A stretch of 33,000 nucleotides of DNA from Hypanus sabinus (lineage: Eukaryota): assembly GCF_030144855.1 (NCBI RefSeq), contig NC_082731.1, positions 22,630,001-22,663,000 on the forward strand, given 5' to 3'. Position numbers and translations under genes: made by a program. Shown here piece by piece: positions 23,622-33,000 of the stretch. Position 1 is the stretch's first letter; each line of letters starts with the position of its first letter. Below the pieces are notes generated by a model. That model had not been told where the DNA came from, ran no database searches, and saw nothing but the letters and a program-made list of their open reading frames with translations.

Positions 23622-24599
23622 TAAATGAGCTTTGTAATACAGCACGTGGTGATTTAATTAATGAGTGCAAGAGGCCAAAATACAACAAGAATATCCTGCA
23701 CTTCTCACTGAGGAGGGGGAGGATTGTCATAAACGCAAAAGAACAATTTTCCTTGGGGGCAAGGCACCCTTCAACAAATTTCCCACTTTGTGCGATCGAA
23801 CATTTCTTCCAAATTTTCCCCATTATCTTTAACAAACATTGGAGACGAATTGAAAATTTTTGATATAACGTAGTGTCTACCCCTTGGTCCAGAAGAGGCT
23901 GATGACTTTGCAGTCTTGTTGATATTCTGGACCTCCTTTCACGTCAGCTCAGCCCCGCTTAGTGCTGTTGCATGGCATTTTACTTTGTGGGACATTTGGA
24001 TTGAATTTTCGTCTCAGGTTCCTATGGCTATCGCTGTTTAATACCAGCTTTAAAACGTTAAACTACTGGTATCTATTTTGCTTTCACAGAAAGTTATTCT
24101 TTCCACACTATCTGCAACCAACAATTCTTCCGAATGCAAATCGACTGTGTCGTATTTGGTACTGTCGACCAGGTATGAATGGCATAGCTGGTCGCGAGAG
24201 ATCGTATTCCATTGGTATGTTATTCATTGATTCACGTTATCAGATCCATATCACCAATTGCAGAAGGTGAAGATAGCGTTGAGTTGTAAGTCCAGCAGGG
24301 CGGAGCTTACATATCTGTGAAAGTGACCTATTCCTATTCCGAATTGGAAGTAGTCAACAACAGTCGCCAACGAGTGAGAAGCTTTTACTGCAATCAATGA
24401 ATTGCCATCATTCCTAAGTGCTCTGCTTCATGCTTGTTGACATTCTTGAGGGAAGCAGTTTCATAAAATAGGTTAAACAGGTTTTCTCCAGTTTTCAGGA
24501 AATCATTCTGGACACGACGCACTATAAGATCAATTCGCAAAACTGGATAGGACCACAGAGGAAGAAAAATAATGAGTTTGTTCATTATGACGATGAAGA

Positions 24600-25020
24600 C
24601 CAACACGAACAAGCAACCGGAACGAACCCAGCAGGTCGGATATCACCCGTTGAAACGAGCAAGGCTGAAGATCTAGAAAATGTTTGCCAGGAGTAAAACC
24701 AATGAAAGGAAAGATAAAGGGCTGGAGGAGGGAAAGCAGTGCAGTGAAGGTTCAGAAGTAATGTAAAGGAAAAACCCTATGAGTATCAGAAGAAGGCAGA
24801 ATCATGAAAGCGGTGATAGGTAGCTGATGGAGGAGGCAGTGTGAATATGGGAGGGTGGAAGGGAGATGGAGTGAATTACTGGAAGTTGGAGAATGCGATG
24901 TTCATACCAAGCGGCTGGAGACTAACCAAACGGTATATGAGGTTTTTCTCCTCCAATCTGCGTTTGACCTCATTATGGCAGTAGAGGAGGCAATGTATGG
25001 ACATATCCGACACGGGAAGT
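24600..25020 (-). mobile_element. Penelope-like element 3' fragment (GIY-YIG endonuclease C-terminus and 3' region)
   Basis: The minus strand reads SDMSIHCLLYCHNEVKRRLEEKNLIYRLVSLQPLGMNIAFSNFQ*, followed by a pyrimidine-rich tail and a GACCTGCTGGGTT motif. Confidence 0.75.
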
Positions 25021-25058
25021 TGAAGAACATGAAGGTTCATATTCATGACAGATTTCAG

Positions 25059-25369
25059 CTGTCAATCTGCCCAGACTCTAGTTTCAGCAAACCCGTCCTC
25101 CTGTGTATGCCGGGGGAGAGCACGTATATGCCCATTCTGTTCCAGAAGTGAAAAGGCCACTCCAAATGATGCGGATTGTAATATCCTGAGTTATTCATTC
25201 TGCAGAAAATGAGAATCAATCGGAAGTTTGGAAATGTTAACAAGTACTCGGATCTTAATAGATCTAAAGTGAAATGTGAAATTGGATAGTGAGACAGGTG
25301 TTCATTCAGATCTTTGGAATGAGGAACGAGAGAATTGATTATCGTATTCACCGTCGTATTAACACAGTG
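25059..25369 (+). pseudogene. Candidate eroded V-exon relic ending in a perfect RSS heptamer
   Basis: Acceptor GATTTCAG| at 25058, MPGES at 25108, TGT at 25138 (conserved in the paralog), SLE/MRNERID near the 3' end, and CACAGTG at 25363-25369. Acceptor-to-heptamer distance is 304 nt vs 307 nt in the clear V. It has many stops and frameshifts, and the nonamer is not convincing. Confidence 0.4.
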
Positions 25370-25604
25370 CGGAGGACGGCTTAAGAAAACATTAGACACG
25401 CTATCCTTGCGATCTCCGAAAAACTAATTATCTCGAGGTGGGAAATTCTCAGTGCGTGAACATCTATAGTGAGAAAATAATACGTGTAAATACTGCTGGA
25501 GTAGCAGGCCCAAAGGGAAGGAGACAGATATGAGACTATGGATGGGAATTGAAAGTACAGTCACATACGTAGCGGACAAACAGCGAGTCAAACGAAGTAA
25601 ACGA

Positions 25605-25788
25605 NNNNNNNNNNNNNNNNNNNNNNNNNNNNNNNNNNNNNNNNNNNNNNNNNNNNNNNNNNNNNNNNNNNNNNNNNNNNNNNNNNNNNNNNNNNNNNNN
25701 NNNNNNNNNNNNNNNNNNNNNNNNNNNNNNNNNNNNNNNNNNNNNNNNNNNNNNNNNNNNNNNNNNNNNNNNNNNNNNNNNNNNNNNN
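25605..25788. other. Assembly gap (184 N)
   Basis: Run of N in low-complexity sequence. Confidence 1.
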
Positions 25789-27144
25789 GGCACTGAGGGG
25801 AGAGAGGTAGAGGGTGGGTTGGAGAAAGAGACTAAATGCAATAAAATAATAGAAATTAACAAAACAGCACATACATAAAAAAAGCAGAAAGAGAGAACAA
25901 AAATTGGGGGAGATATTGATGGCGAGAGGAAGTCAGAGAACTGGAGGAATAAAGATAACGAAAGCGATACAGAAAGAAAGGGAGTAGAAATAGACATGAG
26001 GATATACAAGGATATTGACATAGGCGGAAATTAAGAGAGGGCGAGAGAGTGTGAGGGAGAAGGGGATGAAGGAGGATGATTATGTTATCTTTCATCAAGG
26101 TGGAGAGAGAAGCGTGCCTGCCACAGAAAGTTAGGTTTTCAATTTTCGGTTAAATTAATCATTGAAAACTGACAGACAAATCATTGCAATATACATATTT
26201 GAAAGGGCATGCTACATTTCTTTCAACAGCCTCAGAAATGACCGACTTATGTGCTGGAATATGTCCGGTATTCACTAGATTGTCTGGGCAGGTTTTACGC
26301 TGAGCTGTTGAAAGATTGAAGGATTTCACGTAAATATTTTAGGAGACCCTATGTTGTATTGTCCCGTATACCTCCATGCCGTCGAACGCAACCTATCGTG
26401 GCGCATATACTCATAACGCCACACTGGGTATTCCTAATCTCAGTTAGCACTAAAGCAACAACAGATAGCGAATGAAGGAATGACAGAATATGAGCGCACA
26501 AACAAAGACGCACAAACACGAGCGAGTACTAATAGCGACAGACTTACAGATGCAGACACCGATGCGCAGAGAATGAAGCAGCAATGGCAAGTGTGGAAGG
26601 ACAGAAACCGGGAAGCACAGATATTTATATACCAATATTCGGACAATCGCTTCACCAGAGAGAATTGCAGTTCCTCTGTGACGTAGCCAATTTATTTTAG
26701 CATTGTTTGACTCTAGGGAAAATCATGATATATGTGTAAATAACATATGTCTCAGTAACCGACCGAAGTTTCAGAATAGCCCTTGTAGTTATCGTAGCTT
26801 TGCTGAAAGTCGGCAAGAAGCATTTTTTTACTATTTGCACAGTGTACTTCTTTGGCATGTCGATTGACTGTACCACGGAAAATGTATTTTCGAGAGGTGC
26901 AAGCTTATGTCCTCAGAGGGCTGTCTCAGACATGGAACGGGGTGTGACGCTCTTTCCTGGAGGTACGTGGACCTGTCGCATCTGGGGCAATAGGCGGAGC
27001 CCTGTATCAGGAGGCAGTGCTCCAATTAGGCGCTTTCCATTTCCTGCCAATTATAGCACTTAAACAGTTGAATCGGAAACGTTCTAAATACTCGGCGATA
27101 ACTTGTTCAGAAGAAAATCATTCAACCCATTCTTCATAAAAATA

Positions 27145-27598
27145 ATGCGGAGTTTCGTCATCTGGATTGTGTGCGCAGCCTGCTTAACAGGTTTGTACAC
27201 CGCAGAGAATGCAAATGCTTCTCGAAATTGAGTTCTGAAAAAAAAAAAAACAGGTCAATGTAACATTTTAGGTTTTGACATTATTTTTCAGAGACGTGTC
27301 ATGGAAACTCTGTCACTCAGTCAATGTCACCACAAGTGAAGACAGAAGAAGGAGGCTGTGAGTTTCAGCTGCAACTATGATACTACATGGAGCGACTATA
27401 TTTTATATTTGTACCAGCAAAGGCCAGAGCAACGCCTCGAGTACATACTGTACGAAAATACTTACGGAAGCAAAGATCAAGCCGATTTGCCAAAAGCCGC
27501 TTCAAATCCTCTCTGGACAATCGAAGAAATTTATTTAGTGTCACCATCTCGAAGCTGGAAATGAGCGACTCCGCAGTTTATTACTGTGCCCTAAGCCG
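27145..27598 (+). pseudogene. T-cell receptor alpha/delta-type V gene segment, pseudogene (leader exon 27145-27190, intron 27191-27291, V exon 27292-27598)
   Basis: Leader MRSFVIWIVCAACLT with phase-1 GT..TTTTTCAG intron. The frame-corrected V reads ETCHGNSVTQSMSPQVKTEEEAVSFSCNYDTTWSDYILYLYQQRPEQRLEYILYENTYGSKDQADFAKSRFKSSLDNRRNLFSVTISKLEMSDSAVYYCALS, with Cys23 at 27370 and Cys104 at 27585. A +1 nt at ~27351 gives TGA at 27378, there is a -1 nt at ~27488, and Trp41 is TTG. Confidence 0.93.
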
Positions 27599-27637
27599 CA
27601 CAGTGATATATTCTAGTTAAATGCCCGTACAAAAATT
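27599..27637 (+). promoter_or_regulatory. 23-bp-spacer recombination signal sequence
   Basis: Heptamer CACAGTG (27599-27605), a 23-nt spacer and nonamer ACAAAAATT (27629-27637). Confidence 0.95.
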
Positions 27638-28139
27638 CACATAATATAGAATCCATGGTTTGATCGCTGCAGCTAGATATATTTGTACACTCCTCTTATC
27701 ATTGTGGTTTCACGCCACTAAGAGTACCTGTTTATGTTTCACTCGACTTTGTCTGTGAAGACTCAGCAATGGTGTAACCGCACCGCTGATTCCGATGTTG
27801 CAGTTGGATACAGACCCTCTGCTATCTCATTTAATTTGTGAAATTTCCGTTCATACCGCGAGAGAAATATGAGAGATAAAATTCAAAAAGAACTCACTCG
27901 GCATTGTCCCGGGAGGAGGGGGCAAAAACAACATAGGCTATATTATCCCTTTTCTGGTCTTTTAACGTTTGCTCTGGGATCATGAAAGTTGTGAGAGTTG
28001 TGCGCCCAGGCGTCTTGAACTTCCCACAGCTTCAACTGCAGTAGTGCTAATGCACGCAACGGTGTTAGCAGTCCGTGTTGCCCAAATGTAAATCGCCGTC
28101 TTCTATGTTTTGGTGACTTTTATGAAGATATAATTCCAT

Positions 28140-28605
28140 GGATCCGAGTAGCAGACTCTTGCACCTACTTTCCGTTGGTTATCTCATGCTGTTTGTTGGT
28201 GAGTCTCATCATTGCCGTGTCTTCGACAGACTGACAATATTTTTGTTTGGGACATTATCGTATGGTCGTTTGTGAACCAAGCGTACAACAGTGGATTCAA
28301 CACACATTATTTGGTGGCACCCGTGATAAAGATGCTGGAGATGGTAATATGTTGTGCATCCTGTTTATCTGTAGCTTGCTGATTTGGAAAAACTATCTTC
28401 GTGCCCATTTGCAGTTTGTTGGTTAGAAAAACAAGAATCGATTTGTACAATGTTGCATTAGTATACCTATAACGAGCATTAGGCTTCTGGCAAAGGTCTG
28501 AGTGGAAATAGTGTTGAATACCGAAGTGAAATGCAAAAACAACATTCTAACATAAATGTCCCTCTTTTGAAAACGCGATGCGGCCAGATGAATGTTAGGT
28601 ATACT
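28140..28605 (-). mobile_element. Rex1/Babar-type non-LTR RT fragment (decayed)
   Basis: DIYVRMLFLHFTSVFNTI (about YVRMLFIDYSSAFNTI) and ITGATK*CVLNPLLYAWFTND (about TGAPQGCVLSPLLYSLYTHD). Confidence 0.75.
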
Positions 28606-29199
28606 GGCATATGTCCCAGGGTCCTGAAGATATAACCTGTATAAAATCATATAGTCATAAACTACTTCGTCGTTTCATCCTGCACCCGGACCAAAACCCT
28701 CCATACGCCAGAATCCATGCCATTATAATCATTTTGCTTAGCATTGCAGCCGAGTTTACATGCACCATGCATGCTGGCAACTCATTACAAAATCTCACGA
28801 CTTCTTACTGAAGAGGTTTCCTCTCGTGATTCATTGAAATTTTTGACATTTTACAATTAAAACATGACTGCCGTTGATATTCCCACCCAAGCTAAATGAA
28901 TGTAATACTGATTGGGATACTTGACATTTCTGGAGTAGCTGACTTACGACTGCTCATGCATGTTGAGAATAACCTTGATCTATAAGCGCAGTACTAGGAA
29001 TTAAAAAGATAAAATAAGATACTCAGCCTATAGAAACTAGAATGAAGGATGCCTCTGTGGGTAAATCATGAATCAGTAAGAACTTGTAGACACACGCTGA
29101 AGGATAATTCACGTGTCTTTTAAATAATTGATCATGCTGTCCGTGCGATGTTAAAGAAAGTTATGTGAAGTTGTTTATCTTGCTGTATGAATATGAGCT

Positions 29200-30240
29200 C
29201 TGTACAAACTGATAATCAGAGATTTGTTGGCGGTGGAGACTCCAGGATATCTTGTAAATAAACTCTTAAAACGAAACTCGAAGTCACCTATGTTCTTATT
29301 TAGTGTTTCCCACGACAATATCCTTCACAAAATCTGTCAAATCGCCTCTCATATATCAAAGTTCTGAGGAATAAAGCTCTAACTTATTCATCCTTTCCTC
29401 GTAACCCATGTCTTGCAGACCGGGAGACTGCTTATAAATATTCTTCGCACCATTTGCACCTTACTTACACCTTTCCAGCTAGATAGCTGACCATAACTGC
29501 AGAAAATTCGACAAATCGTCCCTCACCAAAGCCTGTACTACTTTGACGTACCATCCCCCTCCCGTAACATATATATTTTTGAAAGTTAATGTGTCAAATG
29601 TTTATTTTAAGTCCCAATCTACCTGTGGTACAACTTTCAAAGTATTAAGAACATATGATTCTGAATCCTTTACTTTATCAACCACATTTATCTGTTTCCT
29701 CCCGTTCACAGTGAAAGATTAACTTGGTTGTTGAAGTGGAAAACATTGCACCTGCCACTCTTCTTACCACTTTTCCAGCTGATCCAGGTCTCTCTACAAT
29801 CCATGCTAACTTTCCCACACTCTCTATTAGACCCAAATCATGTCGTCCCAATCTTGTAGTCTTCGGCAATTTTTCAATGTCCAGTTAACAACATTGACAA
29901 CCGGATTGTCGATATAGATTACACACAACACCACGGTGGTTCTCCCGTAATCGTAATGCTCCATCGGCGAGCAACATCTACTTTCGCTTTGTATATTCTC
30001 CCGCAAAGAAATGCCTTCACCAATTTAATACTAAACCTTCTTGATAACTTTCCCTGTGGGATTTGTCAACGGCCTTGATAAAGGACAATGTAGAACCATC
30101 CATTGACTTGCCGTCATAAATATTTCTGGTATTTGACTTGAAAAGCTCCATAATATTGTTGGGACACGACCTCCCAAGAATGAAGGACATTCAGTTATCG
30201 GATCTCTGTAGGTGTCTGTTCAAATGACTGTAAAGCCGGA
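29200..30240 (-). mobile_element. Old CR1 RT and C-terminal fragment
   Basis: With frameshifts, the minus strand gives SFIKAVDK (DFSKAFDK), a KFADDTK-like segment (AAAAATTGCCGAAGACTACAAGA), ALVR..QLWS and YEERMNKLELYS. Confidence 0.72.
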
Positions 30241-30749
30241 CATATAATAATTATAATAAAAAAATCTCTCTGAAGCAGATCAATTCTGTCGTTCAAAATA
30301 TTGTTTACTGGCCAGAGTGGTCAATGCAATTCATGGCAACTGAGTCAATGTTGCCTGGCTGTAGTTGTTTAGTCGTTTAGTTTCAATATTTTTATCTGTT
30401 TGTTACTGGGATGATGGCGGATGATCCAGAATCTGAATAAGTGAAGTTCTGAAGGTGGCCGTAAAGATATCAGTGAGCAAGTGTGCACACACCCTGACTA
30501 CATGACCTGAGACGTGTTCTTGCCAGGTCGCATGACTCACAGAAAGTGATATCTGCTTTATTCCTTCTGATGTCAGCTAATGCTGCTTCTGTGAAAACAG
30601 CGCTTTGGGCTTTTAGTATGGAGTTTACATCTTTGTCACCCGTTATGGAGTAGCGTGATATGCAAGAGAGTAGAGTAACAGTGTTTATAAAGGGCAGCCT
30701 GAACTGGAGAATGGATTTGGATTAAACATAACTTGGAGCAGGTTACGGG

Positions 30750-30890
30750 AAATTGGAGAAATCAATGTTCATGCCATCATTTTAGACTCTACTCAAACCG
30801 AATATGGGATGTTGCCTTAGTGTAGCAGATAGAGGACATGAAATCTCGTTGGAATGGATTTGGTAATTAAATTCAAATTATTGGGATACT
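30750..30890 (-). mobile_element. Short Penelope-like 3' fragment
   Basis: GGAAATTGGAGAAATCAATGTTCATGCCATCA..ACTCAAACCGAATATGGGATGTTG is homologous to 24880-24950. Confidence 0.55.
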
Positions 30891-31059
30891 GTTTTAGACC
30901 CGAGCAAATTTGTACGAAAACGTGGCTCCAGAACATACGTCCTTCCTTCCCAATGTTTTGCACATCGTATCATAAACACTGCATATAGTGAATAAGACAA
31001 GAAGATGAAAGAACTAAGGAGGAAATTTACACCAATTTGGCACACAGAGCTTGCTCCGC

Positions 31060-31290
31060 TATTTCCTGATGGCTGATCCATTTCTCTTCTCATTCGAAAC
31101 ACCGTTATTCACCTCATATCCCCTTTACCCTAACCAAACAAGAATCCATCTACGTCTGTCTTAAATGTAGTTACAGATTTGGCCTAAGCAGATATATGTT
31201 GCAATGAATTCCACAGTTTCACCAATCTCGGGCCTACGAAATCCAGCTCTTCTCCGTTCAAGTAGAACGCCCATGCATTTGAGTCTCTTT
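31060..31290 (-). mobile_element. Short CR1 3'-end fragment
   Basis: ATGGCTGATCC..AAGAATCCATCTACGTCTGTCTTAAAT..GAATTCCACAGTTTCACCA resembles the CR1 3' end at 21950-22150. Confidence 0.5.
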
Positions 31291-33000
31291 CTCATTTCCT
31301 CTTTTGTCCAATAATCTCATTTTATTATCAGGCCAGCCTCCTGTAGGGAAGCCAATTCTGAATTAACATAGCCAAGTTTAGATCGATGCATATCTTTCCG
31401 ATAGAGGATGCATTTGTGAATGATTTTAAGAGAATCCATGCACGCCTCATACTCCTCGTGCATTGAAACGCAGCTCACACTTAAAATATAAAACTTTGTT
31501 GTTACGGATCCGCAATTTGGACACAAGACAGTGGGATAACGTAATGGACGTGAGTGGGAAGATCTAATGGTCCTGAGAGTGGAATGATGCAATTGTCTCT
31601 TGACATTGTGTGATGCGCTCTCACGTGATGCAATTTCAAAACCGTTTTTAAACAAACCCGCCGGTTTGTGATGCAGTTCGCTTTTTTATTGTTAATGCAA
31701 CGTTGTTGCTAATGTCGAGGTGTGAGGCTGCACCGGTTCCTGTTTGTTGTACGTTCTTTATTTTTCCATGGCTATTCAGTATCAGAGAGTGAAGGCATTA
31801 ATGGAGTTATCCAGTTCAAACGATTGGTTAAAGTTCATACAGTTCAGCGTTTTGCGGAATGAATAGACTTTTGAATTCATTCAGGAATTGTGGCATGCAT
31901 ATTTGAATTGAGCCCTTGTAAATTCAGGGAGGATTATGTAGTGACCACCCACCAGTCAAAAACGTCAGTTCGTTTCGATTTCCTCGTGATTTCTGCGAAC
32001 AAGATATCTCCTGGCTGTTGAATCGGCAGATCGTCTATATTTCGAAGGGAATAATTTGTTTCGTTGAAGTCTTTCCTTACTGACTGTATAAATCAGACGG
32101 TCTTTTGAATTTAAACGCTACAAGTCTGTGCTTGGATGAAAACCCGTTCAGAACAGTTTATAAGTTAGAATGTTTGTGCACCTAAGTGTTAATTTCCGGG
32201 CAAGTTAGTGAGTTTGTTTACTCTTCTATGTTTGAGCAGAGGTTAATATATCTCGGTATTTTTTGAAACCCTGTCTCAGTTTTATCTTCATTGCTTCTGC
32301 ATTCGGAACATTGTGCCTGTACTTGTTTAAATTTACAAAAGTCCATACTCCAGTATTTTCAGCTGAACACAGTCGAGTCTGCCCTGATAAGCAGACTTTG
32401 AGCATCTATATAAGTATCTCCTGCATCCTTTTCACACAACTGCCTCCATCTGAACTACAGCGACTAGAAATTCGGGAATTACTGTTGGCGCCGTCCTGCA
32501 ATTAGTACAGTAGTACCATATATTGATCTCAATATCGCATTCTCTGATGCCAAGCAGGGCACATTACTTCTTTTGAGTCCATTCACACATGTCTCCACAT
32601 CCAAGAAAATATGCACTTTTCCCCGCAATGCGTCTGCTCTATGAGTTCAACCTACCACGTACCAGGTAATCGCTAGCCTGGTATATCTTATTGAAATGCT
32701 TCTCATCCCGCTTATGTACATTGAAATCGAAATGTGTTTCTTTGTTTGCCCACCAAAAGCACGGAAATGTCGATTTCGGAAGAGCGAAGAGGATTGAACT
32801 GCCAATTATTTCCAATATATTACCTTCTGCGTTTTTAAGTGCAGCTCCTAACCACAGCCAGTTGCTCAAGCATGGAATCAACCGGCCTCAAGCAATCTGC
32901 TCCAAGTTTTCACTTACGTTGATGCCGTGCCCTATTTAGTATCTTATCTCTCCTTATTTGCGGCGCATCGGAGTTGATATTGTTTGCTTTATTTGTAGAA

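Larger units (their letters stand above)
18435..26880 (+). repeat. Segmental duplication, copy B (interrupted by CR1, Penelope and a gap)
   Basis: Exact shared anchors include TTTTAATTGCGATTAAATTTCA, CGGTACCCCGGG, GGCATAGCTGGTCG, TCTGGGCAGGTTTTACGCTGAGCTG and TTTGGCATGTC, in the same order and orientation as copy A. Confidence 0.85.

Noticed and set aside
22658-23863. Plus-strand ORFs of 159 and 161 aa
   Set aside because: Antisense to the CR1 RT, with no independent protein signal.
25530-26098. ORFs spanning the N gap and hydrophobic antisense ORFs
   Set aside because: Artefacts of N translation and purine-rich low complexity.
26670-27140. CRE-like TGACGTAG and GC-box upstream of the V
   Set aside because: Imperfect, distant from the ATG and not clearly conserved in copy A, so no promoter could be delimited.
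29707-29713. CACAGTG heptamer
   Set aside because: Inside a CR1 fragment, with no nonamer.
1-33000. CRISPR arrays, operons, rRNA or tRNA genes, a novel prokaryote-type system
   Set aside because: The sequence is eukaryotic, with spliceosomal introns and vertebrate retroelements. I saw no regularly spaced repeat-spacer array or intact structural RNA.

Overview
Vertebrate genomic DNA from a repeat-rich, AT-rich short-read scaffold with two N gaps. The CR1, Penelope, Rex1-type and SINE families point to a cartilaginous fish (shark or ray); this is inferred, not shown. The window appears to lie in an antigen-receptor V-segment array, most likely TCR alpha/delta. The only unambiguous host gene segment is a TRAV/TRDV-type V pseudogene on + (27145-27598). 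It has an intact leader exon, intact splice sites and a near-consensus 23-RSS, but carries a +1 and a -1 frameshift and Trp41->Leu. Roughly 40% of the window is decayed retroelements: three Ty3/Gypsy pieces (one an internally deleted two-LTR element), four CR1 pieces, a Rex1/Babar-type RT fragment, two Penelope 3' ends and a SINE. Most of the rest is an old tandem segmental duplication (about 6.1-17.3 kb vs 18.4-26.9 kb). It seems to contain several heavily eroded V-exon relics, some with IgH-like or NAR-sized features. Those relic calls were made by eye and are low confidence. No intact protein-coding gene, J or C segment, structural RNA gene or CRISPR array is supported, and I cannot support a wholly new biological system here.
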